64,000 nucleotides of DNA from Deltaproteobacteria bacterium (lineage in GTDB: Bacteria > Bdellovibrionota > Bdellovibrionia > Bdellovibrionales > JAMPXM01): contig JAFLCB010000010.1 of assembly GCA_017302795.1 (NCBI GenBank), positions 34,065-98,064 on the forward strand, given 5' to 3'. The position numbers and the translations under genes were made by a program. Positions 29,681 to 38,922 of the stretch are shown in pieces. Under the pieces are notes generated by a model, which had not been told where the DNA came from, ran no database searches, and was given only the letters and a program-made list of their open reading frames with translations. The number at the start of each line of letters is the position of its first letter. Positions within the stretch are counted from its first letter, which is position 1.

Positions 29681-30682
29681 TTAGACTTCGCTTTTTTTAG
29701 GATGGCTTCCGTAATAGAAGATCGTGCCCTTTTAGAAACTTGGCTTTAGGGCGCTCATTTTTACTACTGAACTTTGAGGATCTTGTTGGATGAAAGGTTC
29801 TGTCGAGGTTTTTGGAGACATCACGAAGCCTCTCGATGAAAAATGGTCGGCCGATGAGTAGGGTGCTACTCGACACGCACTCTTGGATTTGGCCCATGAA
29901 TGGCGAAAGTAGACAAGGCTGTCAGCAAAGTTGATCCACATACAGGGGCGCTGATCCGAGAAGTTGCCATCTCTAGCGCGGTCGATAAATCTTCGGTCGA
30001 ACTTAGCGTTACATATGATGCCAGATGCTTCGTGTCGGGTTTGTTCAAAACGGTCCGCCCCGGCCACTACAATGAAGTCTGCAATTTAAAAGCTCATTCC
30101 ACTGCAAGATTTTAGAATTCAGTTTTCGGCTTTCCAGCCTTCCTGCCTCCAGATTCGCGCAACCGTAGAACGATGTCAGAAAAACTTAAAACAAAGATGT
30201 CGGGCGGTATCGCAGATCACATGCCACATCGGAAATAGTGGTTACTGCCTGTGGCCCTGAGAAAAGCCACTGCTTTACAGAGCGCGGCTTCAACCCCAAA
30301 GCTCTGCCAATATGGGGTCGAGCTTTTCGTTTCCGGCGCCGGAAATGATCGCAATGGCTTACGTCGTACGCGCGACAGGCGAACGCAGGGCCTAAAATCC
30401 GCTCGATATTTTAACTCATGATTCGCTTTGGCAAATTGAAAATTCGATTGACGACGGTGCTCGACCAAAACGAACGGTGTCGTTTCTTCCGCCGACATGG
30501 CGACTCTTGTGGACTTTGTCGAAGCTATAGAACAGCGGGATGCACGCTTCAACGTTCGATGATCGCGATCGCGGCGGCTTCGACTTGCGCCTCATAGTGA
30601 GCATTTTGGTGCGAAAAAATTCGATCTAAAACCAGTGGTAAAGATTCTTGGTGAACCAAGCACTTTCGGAGAAGGGAAAACC

Positions 30683-31660
30683 ATGCAAGACCTCAAATCG
30701 CGACCGGATCAAAATATCCTTTCTGAACTTCGCCTGGCGATTCAGGAAGAACGAAAGATCACGCTTCAGATTCTTCAACTCATCAACGAAGCGCACACTC
30801 GACGCTTGTACGCTAGCGCTGGTTACTCGACTCCATTTGAATGGCTAACCAAAGAGTTTGGCTATTCGGCGGCAGCCGCGATGCGCCGACTTGATTCTGC
30901 TCGCGCACTTCGCGAAGTTCCATCGATCGAAAACAAAATTGAAACGGGCGAAGTGAATTTAACGAATATAGCAAAAGTTCAAAGCGTGATTCGTTCTGAA
31001 GAAAAAAGAACCGGCCAACGAATGGATGTAACAGACAAAGAAAAAGCGTTTGAAATGATTGAAAACAAGTCTTCGCGTGAAACCGAGGACTTACTGGCTC
31101 ACGCCTTTCCCAAGGCCGCACTAAAAAAGTCCGAATCGATTCGCACCATCAACGAAACCGAAGTTCGAGTACAGGTGACTTTGACCAAGCTGCAACTAGC
31201 TGCACTTGAACGCGTTCGCGAAGTCGCATCACACTCGAACTTAGGCAGCTCACTTTCTGAAATAATCGACATGCTTGCAAACACGTATCTAGAAAAGAAC
31301 GATCCACTTCGGCGCGAAGTAAAACCGAGGAAACCTTCAGTCGATCACATTGACAAAACCCCAATCACTCCGGCGCCGGAAGCTGCGGCACAAATGGACT
31401 TTCGCCAGCGAAAGCCAATCGCGCCAGCTCTCCGAAACGCCGTAGTCCGGCAGGCCGAAGCTAGATGCCAGTTTGTCGACCCAAGAAAGGGTCACAGATG
31501 CGAAAGCCGAAGTTTGCTTCAGATCGATCACATCGTTCCCGTTTCGCTCGGCGGAACGAACGATTCACGCAATCTTCGAGTTCTTTGTCGAACGCATAAC
31601 TTGGCAGCCGCCGAAGACATCTTAGGAAAAGCAAAGATGCAGCCCTTTCGCCGGGTGTAG
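30683..31660 (+). CDS. HNH endonuclease with DUF222-like N-terminal domain
   Basis: GGAGAAGGGA lies before the ATG at 30683. The C-terminal HNH motif is CQFVDPRKGHRCESRSLLQIDHIVPVSLGGTNDSRNLRVLCRTHN. The N-terminal helical region (YASAGYSTPFEWLTKEFGYSAAAAMRRLDSARAL) resembles DUF222. Confidence 0.85.
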   Translation: MQDLKSRPDQNILSELRLAIQEERKITLQILQLINEAHTRRLYASAGYSTPFEWLTKEFGYSAAAAMRRLDSARALREVPSIENKIETGEVNLTNIAKVQSVIRSEEKRTGQRMDVTDKEKAFEMIENKSSRETEDLLAHAFPKAALKKSESIRTINETEVRVQVTLTKLQLAALERVREVASHSNLGSSLSEIIDMLANTYLEKNDPLRREVKPRKPSVDHIDKTPITPAPEAAAQMDFRQRKPIAPALRNAVVRQAEARCQFVDPRKGHRCESRSLLQIDHIVPVSLGGTNDSRNLRVLCRTHNLAAAEDILGKAKMQPFRRV

Positions 31661-31803
31661 CATTGGTTACTCGCGCTGTGGTCGTTTCGATTCCGCTAAA
31701 GATTTTGTGACGGCTTTTGAAAACACTGTTCTCCTGACCGAACATTAGTCAGGAAGGCACAGCGCAGATGACGCGCCTCTGCTTCCGCGCCGGAGTCAGT
31801 TAT

Positions 31804-32747
31804 TCAGTACGGAAGATGCAGCCAGCGCAATATGTAGCCCGACTTCAGCTCGCTTCCGGCGTGCTGAAAGTAAAGCGTTTCATCTTGGTAGCGACTAGCG
31901 GCAAATTCTGACTCCGTGATGATGCGGCCGATTCGTTTAATCGGCGAACCCTTCGCTTCTGATTCTTTTCCGAAAACTTCGTAAATGGCAGTGCCAGTTG
32001 GCACTTTCGCTAGCTCCAAGCGAAAATCGCTCGCGTTCTCAGACAGCGCGACTCCTTCGGCGGGCACGAAAAGCAGCTGATACGGAGCCTTAACGACTTC
32101 CGAAGCGGCACCGCTAGCGGAAACTGAAGCGACATGATCGACCGCGAGGTGGATCGCATCATTCACGAAACCTTCAAAGCCCAAGTTCCGAACTTGGTTG
32201 TAAGATCTTCTGGATCAGGAAGAATGTTGGTGAAGACGGATTTGAAGTAGTTGGTATTCGTACCTTGGCCCTCGAACCGCTCCATCACTGTCAGATTTTT
32301 CGACGGCTGCCCATCCACAAGGAATTTCAAAGCCAACCCCGGTACAAAATTTCCGTCATGTGCAAATGGGAGAGCAAGAGACATGCGTGCGATTCCGACG
32401 GCACCAGTTTTAAAAATGCCGGAGTAGGGGGATGTAGGATCGGTCTCAAGTCTAATCTTTACCGCACTTCCCCATTTGTGAATGATCTTGGTACGATTTG
32501 AAGCCATTTCGTCGGACGCACTCGTGAAGGAGTGCTTTATTCCCGAAAAGAATATGGCGCGAAGTGTGGCACCTGATTCTCCGTCGAGTGATGGCAGATT
32601 GCTGTAAGGATTGGCCGAGATGTTCCGCCAGAGAACGTCCTGTTTTTCTCTTGCACTCAAGAGTTGATAGGCGTCCTGAGCGTCCGCTTGGGCGGGAGAC
32701 GAATTGAGGGACAATAGACTCGCAAGCGCGATTATTAAACTTCTCAT
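31804..32747 (-). pseudogene. secreted protein gene split by a frameshift (or sequencing indel)
   Basis: ORF 32163..32747 (signal peptide plus N-terminal part) and ORF 31804..32184 (TTG start) overlap by 22 nt in different frames. The downstream frame is open for 12 codons above its TTG. One indel within about 32163-32220 would fuse them into a protein of roughly 315 aa. Confidence 0.5.
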
Positions 32748-32974
32748 TCAAAGCGCGTAACGAGAATTCAACCGGGTGTCACGATTTATAGCCATCTAGG
32801 TAATTTCGCCAGTAAAAGGTCACAGGCGAACGGTAACGGGGCTTGTCCATATGACATTGGTTTTTTTTCTCACGAATGCCTCTAGAATTTGACTTCGTCT
32901 AAATAGGAATTCAATTTGCTCCAAAAGGCTAAATGCATTTCAAATTTAATTGAAATCAAACCCAAGGAGTATTT

Positions 32975-33307
32975 ATGAAAAAAAAGATTTCCGCAATTTG
33001 TCTTCTGGCCATTTCGTCTACATCAACTGCTTTCGCTAACTCTAGTGAATATGTGGTCGAAGTAGGTGCTGTGGTCATACGTGGTCAAGCCGCTATGGAT
33101 CTTTACGAAGATGTGGAAGCGAAAGAAGTGACGCTTGATGCGGTAACCCGCCAAGAATCACGCCAGAAACTGAACGGACCTGTTCGTTGCACGGCTGAAT
33201 TTATCCGCGGTTTAAGCGAAAAAGAAAATGAAATGGGCGAGTGGTCAATGGTAGATGCTGAATGCTTAATAGAACTTCCTGCTAAAGCGATTGGCCCTCG
33301 CTACTAA
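32975..33307 (+). CDS. small hypothetical secreted protein
   Basis: AAGGAG RBS. 110 aa with signal peptide LLAISSTSTAFA. Confidence 0.6.
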   Translation: MKKKISAICLLAISSTSTAFANSSEYVVEVGAVVIRGQAAMDLYEDVEAKEVTLDAVTRQESRQKLNGPVRCTAEFIRGLSEKENEMGEWSMVDAECLIELPAKAIGPRY

Positions 33308-33725
33308 TCAAAATTGTAAAACCCTTCATTCTGAAAATTTTTAGCTACAGACGCGACCAAAGGCCAACGGTTCGAAGGCTGCGCGAGTTCAAGATTGCTG
33401 TGTCATTCTGACCATCGGACTTTGATCACAGTCGCCGTCGAAAGGCCTCGATCTTTTCACGCCCGAAAGTCTGCTCGGCCATCAAGAGATTTTGCGTGCG
33501 ACAAAGAATTCGAAGGTTACTAGGTGCGTTCGTTCCACGGCGTTACACCCTTCGCGGGAGTCACGACCGTCGCAGACGGTGGAATTCTTTGGGTATTCAC
33601 CTCAAAGCTTAATGCTTAATGACCCGCTTCTTGCAGAGTATTCCTACCATTAGCTATCTATTGTCAGAACTCCGGACTTCGGTTAATCATCTCGCGCTGT
33701 TCATTGCACTTCCAGGGGGTTATTT

Positions 33726-34256
33726 GTGAAGTCGAAGTTTTTTGTTTCTTTTGCTAGCGCGGTTGCCATGACGTTTTTGGCTGTTTCCAGTTTCGCAAGC
33801 GATCAAAATTCGAGTCTCGAGAAACACCAAAATGCCGATGGAAGAGTGATTGTTTGGGCCGTTGGCGAGATGAATAGTCGTTTTAAGGATGGTTCTTACG
33901 ATCAGTTTGAAGGAATTCGTAAATCCATCATCTTTCAAATTGGGGCTTACCCAAACAGGCTCGGAAATTCACCCATCAGACGAGTTGGTTTTCAAGGAAC
34001 TGCTATTCGAAGTTGGTCTACAGGAACAGAAACAGTTGCTTTCAATCTTGAAAAGGCGGCGGACCAAGGAAAGAACCTCATCTGGGAATTTTCCTTCAAT
34101 ACAAGAACACAGCTTATGGGTCAGTCTTCGACCACTTATAAAGGTGCTTTCTTCGTTGAGACTCAGAATGGAATCTACTATTGGTTAAAGAACAAGGACG
34201 GAAAAGATTTTGAATTTGGAGCCGATAGTTCGATAGATCTCGCAAGTATTGAATAA
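33726..34256 (+). CDS. hypothetical secreted protein
   Basis: AGGGGG RBS and a GTG start. 176 aa with signal peptide AVAMTFLAVSSFA. Confidence 0.6.
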   Translation: MKSKFFVSFASAVAMTFLAVSSFASDQNSSLEKHQNADGRVIVWAVGEMNSRFKDGSYDQFEGIRKSIIFQIGAYPNRLGNSPIRRVGFQGTAIRSWSTGTETVAFNLEKAADQGKNLIWEFSFNTRTQLMGQSSTTYKGAFFVETQNGIYYWLKNKDGKDFEFGADSSIDLASIE

Positions 34257-34752
34257 TATCGCGGAACTTGTCTATCGGGCCTATTGCCGAGAAGGTGCAG
34301 GATGCTCGATAGCACAAGACTCCGTGATAAAAGATCGCCCATCGCGCGCTGCATACGCTTTCTGCGCCTTCTGCGAATTCGGGCGCTAAGATTGTGTCCT
34401 TCCTGTCTTTGTACGGAGATGCACAATCTCAAACTTTTGCACCTGTGGCCAAAATGCTTTTCGCCTAATAGATACGACGGGGAGACTCGAAGACGGCAGC
34501 TACCAGCTGCTCATTGCTGAGGATGTATTTCGCGATTATCAGTTCAACACCGACAACAGGATCGCGTTGCCGGTATAGTTCTGACCGGCCGGGAATTGGC
34601 TTTTTTTCAATAGCAGTTCGAACTGCAGTAAAAGTTAACTTCGTCGATTAGCTTTCACCGGGATCAATCACACTTTTAAGTTTCGCTTTTGGTGTCAATG
34701 ACTGAAAATGGGTTCCGTCATTTTGGGAGATGATCAAGGTAGGGAGAAAAAT

Positions 34753-35544
34753 ATGTTGAATACGAAAGCCACTCTGTTTTTAGCGGCGGTATTGCTTAAT
34801 TGCTTCTTTGTAGGCAGTCAGTCGCAGGCTTCTGAGACAAATGAAGATGTGAAAATCTTGAGTTCACGTTCAAGGTTGGTGACTTTCTTGCCTGTCGATT
34901 CCACAGAACGGATTATTAACAATCCGCGTGGTCCGGGGGAAGTCCTCAATACAAAATTCTGTAAAGAAGAAAGCTCGACAGTATATGGCTCGACAACTGA
35001 ATTGTTGTTCGATTGCAACTCAGCATACGCAGAGGCCCTCGGCAAACCATTGCTAAACTATTCGTCATGGTCCGCGGAAGTTCACAAATATGAAAAAGAG
35101 GGCGTTTCATATTATTCTCGCAATGGAGCCTATATTTACGAAGTCACAGCTCTGATAAAGGCGGCGGCTTTTGATTCCGAAGTGTTCACCGGCATGGGCC
35201 TTCACGCAAATACGGTGACCTGGACGGAGGCCATCTACAACAGACACTGGGGTTTCTTAGTCGGCGAGAACGATGCGAACGGCGGCTTCATTTCTAAATC
35301 GGATATCGAGAAGATGAAACGCACGGTTACTCTGAAAAACGGTGAGAAAGCCTACGCCTTTGATTTTATTCTTGCGCAAATGAGCTTTGTGGCCGGCGCA
35401 AGTAAGCCAAGCTATGTTGGTTTAACGATTCGCCCGAATGCGAAATACGAAGTTAACGGGCAAACCTACGTTCAATGGGACAATGTGCAGTTTGATTATT
35501 TCACCGGACGAAGCTTTGATCTTTCGACTGTTTTGCTTCAATAG
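34753..35544 (+). CDS. hypothetical secreted protein
   Basis: GGGAG RBS before the ATG at 34753 (MLNTKATLFLAAVLL...). About 263 aa. No family recognised. Confidence 0.6.
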   Translation: MLNTKATLFLAAVLLNCFFVGSQSQASETNEDVKILSSRSRLVTFLPVDSTERIINNPRGPGEVLNTKFCKEESSTVYGSTTELLFDCNSAYAEALGKPLLNYSSWSAEVHKYEKEGVSYYSRNGAYIYEVTALIKAAAFDSEVFTGMGLHANTVTWTEAIYNRHWGFLVGENDANGGFISKSDIEKMKRTVTLKNGEKAYAFDFILAQMSFVAGASKPSYVGLTIRPNAKYEVNGQTYVQWDNVQFDYFTGRSFDLSTVLLQ

Positions 35545-35791
35545 GAACCGTGATAGGGCCAGAGTAGATCTGGCCCCGTTTGCCCAATCTGCGCTGCAAA
35601 AGTTAGCGCATGCAGTTTCTGCGATTAGCGTAAAAGTGCAGTTGCATCTACGATCTTCACAACAGCCTCCTGAGCTTTCCCTGGCAAAGTGTCAGAACGA
35701 GGTCGCGGTGACACTTAAAACTCAGATGACTTTTTAATGGGATAAATTTCCCTAAGTAAAAAACTGCCGAATCAAATCAGCATAAATTTGT

Positions 35792-36319
35792 TTAACCGGA
35801 AGTTTCCCTGCGGTCGCTAAGAGCAAGGTCTTCTTCATGAATGCGAAACGCAAGGATTCCGATATTCAATAGTCCCCAGATCGCGGAAATTTGCCAGAAT
35901 CCGAATATCATCGGTACGACGAAAATCTCGCAGACAACTAAAGCATAGTTTGGATGTTTGATGAACTTGTAAGGACCAGTTTTCCTTAGAGGTGCACCTG
36001 GGAGCGAAATGATCTTGGTTGTAAAGTAGCTTCCGAGTGTCACGAGTATCCAAGCTCGAAATGCGGTCAGGATCGCAAAAAAGGTCAAATACATCGCCGA
36101 GATTTCGACTGCAGGATTTTGTAAAATCAAAACGAGAATCGCCACAATCCAGGTCGTGTGAAGTGCCACGATGAGTGAATAGTGTTTGGGCGAAAATTCC
36201 TTTCCACCAAGCGAAACTAGACGTTTTGTGTTTCGATTTGCCCACCAAAGTTCGACAAGCCGCTGGGAAATGATAAAAGCCATAAGGCCTAAAGCTGGAA
36301 TACTGAGTTCCATGCTCAC
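35792..36319 (-). CDS. isoprenylcysteine carboxyl methyltransferase (ICMT)-family membrane methyltransferase
   Basis: 175 aa with several TM helices and GPYKFIKHPNY (GxYxxxRHPxY-type motif). 4-nt overlap with the upstream type III PKS gene, as in bpsA-bpsB and srsA-srsB pairs. Confidence 0.75.
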   Translation of the reverse strand: MSMELSIPALGLMAFIISQRLVELWWANRNTKRLVSLGGKEFSPKHYSLIVALHTTWIVAILVLILQNPAVEISAMYLTFFAILTAFRAWILVTLGSYFTTKIISLPGAPLRKTGPYKFIKHPNYALVVCEIFVVPMIFGFWQISAIWGLLNIGILAFRIHEEDLALSDRRETSG

Positions 36320-37398
36320 GTGCCTTCCAAAAGCGTCATCGCCGTTGTGAATCCAGGGCCAAATGTCGACAAAAGAGCTCGTCCCTTAAGTCCTTCGTCC
36401 ATGGCTTTTTCAAGAACAAACAGGACAGTGGGTGCCGACATGTTGCCAAAGTTTTTTAGAATTTCACGCGATTCTTTCATTTGGCCTTCAGGCAACTGAA
36501 ATACTGACTCAAGTTCATCTATGACTTTTGCGCCACCGGGGTGACTGAGGAAGTTTTGTATATCAGAAAGTGCCAGTTTTTCTTCATCCAAAAATAAGTG
36601 CATCACTGGTCGAAAATCATTTTTAACAAGACCCGGAATTTTTCGAGAAAAAATAACTTTCAAGCCTTCGTCCGCAACGTCCCAGCCCATGATATCTAAG
36701 GAGTTCGCCCACCGATGTTCAGTTTGTGCTGATACACATAACCGGTTAGGCCCATTCGCCGCGAGATCTGAGGACTGGATAACCGCAGCTGCGGCGCCAT
36801 CAGCGAATAGCGCCGTCGCGATGATATTTTGTTTTGATAGTTCGTCGCGCATGAAATTGAGCGTGCAGAGCTCGACGACGAGAGTAAGAACCGTCCGTCC
36901 AGGTTGGGAGGCGAGTTCGGCTGCGCGATTGAGTCCGATCAATCCACCAGCGCAACCCAGTCCAAAAATCGGCGTGCGGCGAACATTACTTTTAAAAGGG
37001 ATTCGGTCCATCAATTGGGCTTCAAGGCTGGGCGTTGAGATCCCGGTGGTCGACAACATCAAGATGTCGGTGACGTCTTGCGGGCCGACCGATGCTTTCT
37101 TCATCGCTTTTCGCGCTGCTGTTTCAAGTAGATCCAATGATGTACTTACGTAGACAGCATTTCGGTCAGTCCAGGTGTGTTTTTCAAAAAACCAACTCAA
37201 TGGCACTGCAGAGTAACGGGACTCAATTGCGGTGTTGATGAATGCATTTTTAAAGGGCGAAAGGTCTTGACCGCGTTCGGCGAACAACGCTTTAGCCGCA
37301 TCGTAAACATCTAACTGCAAATGTTTGTAAACCGGGACTGCCGACGCCACAGAACGGATGACCGGTCGGTCCATCGATCGAGTTGTTTCTACTGACAC
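36316..37398 (-). CDS. type III polyketide synthase (chalcone/stilbene synthase family)
   Basis: 360 aa. Cys-His-Asn triad contexts FGLGCAGG, FLSHPGGAKV and NFGNMSAPTV, plus C-terminal FGPGFT. Confidence 0.9.
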   Translation of the reverse strand: MSVETTRSMDRPVIRSVASAVPVYKHLQLDVYDAAKALFAERGQDLSPFKNAFINTAIESRYSAVPLSWFFEKHTWTDRNAVYVSTSLDLLETAARKAMKKASVGPQDVTDILMLSTTGISTPSLEAQLMDRIPFKSNVRRTPIFGLGCAGGLIGLNRAAELASQPGRTVLTLVVELCTLNFMRDELSKQNIIATALFADGAAAAVIQSSDLAANGPNRLCVSAQTEHRWANSLDIMGWDVADEGLKVIFSRKIPGLVKNDFRPVMHLFLDEEKLALSDIQNFLSHPGGAKVIDELESVFQLPEGQMKESREILKNFGNMSAPTVLFVLEKAMDEGLKGRALLSTFGPGFTTAMTLLEGT

Positions 37399-37407
37399 GA
37401 AACCCTC

Positions 37408-38841
37408 CTACCTCAAAGGTTCAACTTCGACGTATTTTTCCCAACGACCATCCATAGATCGAAGAATCTCGTAGTATCGCGATCTTTCTCGACTCGTCAC
37501 CTGTTTCGGCTCGATTATCTGAATGACGTCGTGGGGATAGGGTAGTGACTTCAATGTTCGGTCAATTCGCTCAAGGCTCTCATTCACCCTTTTTTTGAAG
37601 CGGGCGACAAACACCTCGTAGGGCTGCTTGGCTCGATCTTCAATTGCGGACTTCAAAGCTTCACTCGCGCGGTTACCGTAAATTGCTTCAAATGCCTTTA
37701 GAGCGCCCCCATACCGATTTCCTGGGATCATTAACATGTCGAGGCCCGATGTAAATGCATTCAAATAGACCGCGTAAAGCGCGTCGCCAGACAGAGCCCC
37801 GTAGCCTCCCATCCACATTGCGTCGGACAAGCGAATACCTTTGAACCCAATTTCATCGCGAAGCATCGTCTCTAAAAGTTTCGGCGACTCGGTCGTCAAA
37901 TTCACAGAATCGTAAATCGGGAACTTTCCATGTGAGGCCATAATAGAGAATCGGTTTTCAAGTCCGTTTCGATTTACAAACTTGACGGTTTCGCGAAATG
38001 GGAAAAGGTGGCGCTCGGCTTCGCTTTCACTTTTTGCAGTTGAAACGCTTACGACGTCATGAGTATCGCCAGAATTCTGCCCAAGACCGGGGTAGTGCTT
38101 GGTCACTGCGATCACTGGCCCTGCCTCAGCCATTGCCATTGTGAAATCTGAAACGCACTTAGCCACTTCCATCGGGTCTGTCGAAACACCGCGAAGCTTA
38201 AACAAGCGACTTGCAAGATCGCCTACCAGTGTCAGGGGGTAGTTGATTCCGGCAATGGCGAGCTCCTTCCCCATGATTCGGCCGTGCAAGCGGCAAAGTT
38301 CAGTGCCATGTTTTCCCATCGATTGACCAAGCCACGCGCCATGAGCGAGATCACTAAAGCCTACGCGAAATCTTTGAATCCCAGAAATCTCCGCACCAGA
38401 TGGCGAAAGCCTTAGGCCACCACCTTCGTAATCGATTGCAAATAGAGCGGGGAGGTGGCCGTTGTTTTTTAAAATTCGTGAATATCGCGCCACGGTTTCG
38501 GCCAATTCCTTGGCACCGACTTTACTCGAGTTCCAAAAAACTAGACCGCCTGGAGGATCTCTGCGAAACGCTTCGCCGATTTGTTTTGAGTACTGAACAC
38601 TCGGTTGCTCAACGAGAAAAAGTCGCGACAATCTGCTGGAAGGTACTGCGGCAGAGCCCTGTTCATCGACAGGTGACTTCGTTAGGGACTGAGACCCGAC
38701 GTACTCTTCTGTCGGCGGAGCATCGGGCGGACTTGGAGTTAACTCGATTGTCTCTGATGAGTTCGAACACGCCGCAAAAATGAGGGGCAAAAGACCTAAA
38801 CAAACACCAAGGGTGAACCGTTGAGCAGACATACCCGGCAT
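37408..38841 (-). CDS. glycoside hydrolase family 3 lipoprotein (NagZ-like beta-N-acetylhexosaminidase)
   Basis: Lipobox IFAACS. KHYPGLGQNSGDTHD resembles the GH3 KHFPGHG motif. The stop lies 9 nt before the PKS start. Confidence 0.7.
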   Translation of the reverse strand: MPGMSAQRFTLGVCLGLLPLIFAACSNSSETIELTPSPPDAPPTEEYVGSQSLTKSPVDEQGSAAVPSSRLSRLFLVEQPSVQYSKQIGEAFRRDPPGGLVFWNSSKVGAKELAETVARYSRILKNNGHLPALFAIDYEGGGLRLSPSGAEISGIQRFRVGFSDLAHGAWLGQSMGKHGTELCRLHGRIMGKELAIAGINYPLTLVGDLASRLFKLRGVSTDPMEVAKCVSDFTMAMAEAGPVIAVTKHYPGLGQNSGDTHDVVSVSTAKSESEAERHLFPFRETVKFVNRNGLENRFSIMASHGKFPIYDSVNLTTESPKLLETMLRDEIGFKGIRLSDAMWMGGYGALSGDALYAVYLNAFTSGLDMLMIPGNRYGGALKAFEAIYGNRASEALKSAIEDRAKQPYEVFVARFKKRVNESLERIDRTLKSLPYPHDVIQIIEPKQVTSRERSRYYEILRSMDGRWEKYVEVEPLR

Positions 38842-38922
38842 AGTACCGAAGTTTTCGGAGGATTACGCCTAAGCTGCGAGGGGGATTAAAAAGATGAAAG
38901 GGTCGTCAAAGCTTTCGACAGT

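Noticed and set aside
30683-31660. The HNH protein as an RNA-guided IscB/HEARO-type nuclease, with the upstream ORF-poor DNA as its guide RNA
   Set aside because: The protein lacks RuvC motifs and a bridge helix, and its N-terminus looks like DUF222. Nothing in the sequence supports a guide RNA beyond position.
34469-34645. Start-less minus-strand open frame ...PIPGRSELYRQRDPVVGVELIIAKYILSNEQLVAAVFESPRRIY-stop in the spacer before 34753
   Set aside because: There is no ATG/GTG/TTG start and no recognisable family. It may be a gene relic but is not supportable as a feature.
35700-35716. GAGGTCGCGGTGACAC as a remnant direct repeat (attR) of the tRNA-Val 3' half (GAGGTCGCAGGTTCGAG)
   Set aside because: Only 8 contiguous matching bases, and the T-arm and acceptor sequence are absent. 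This is probably coincidence.
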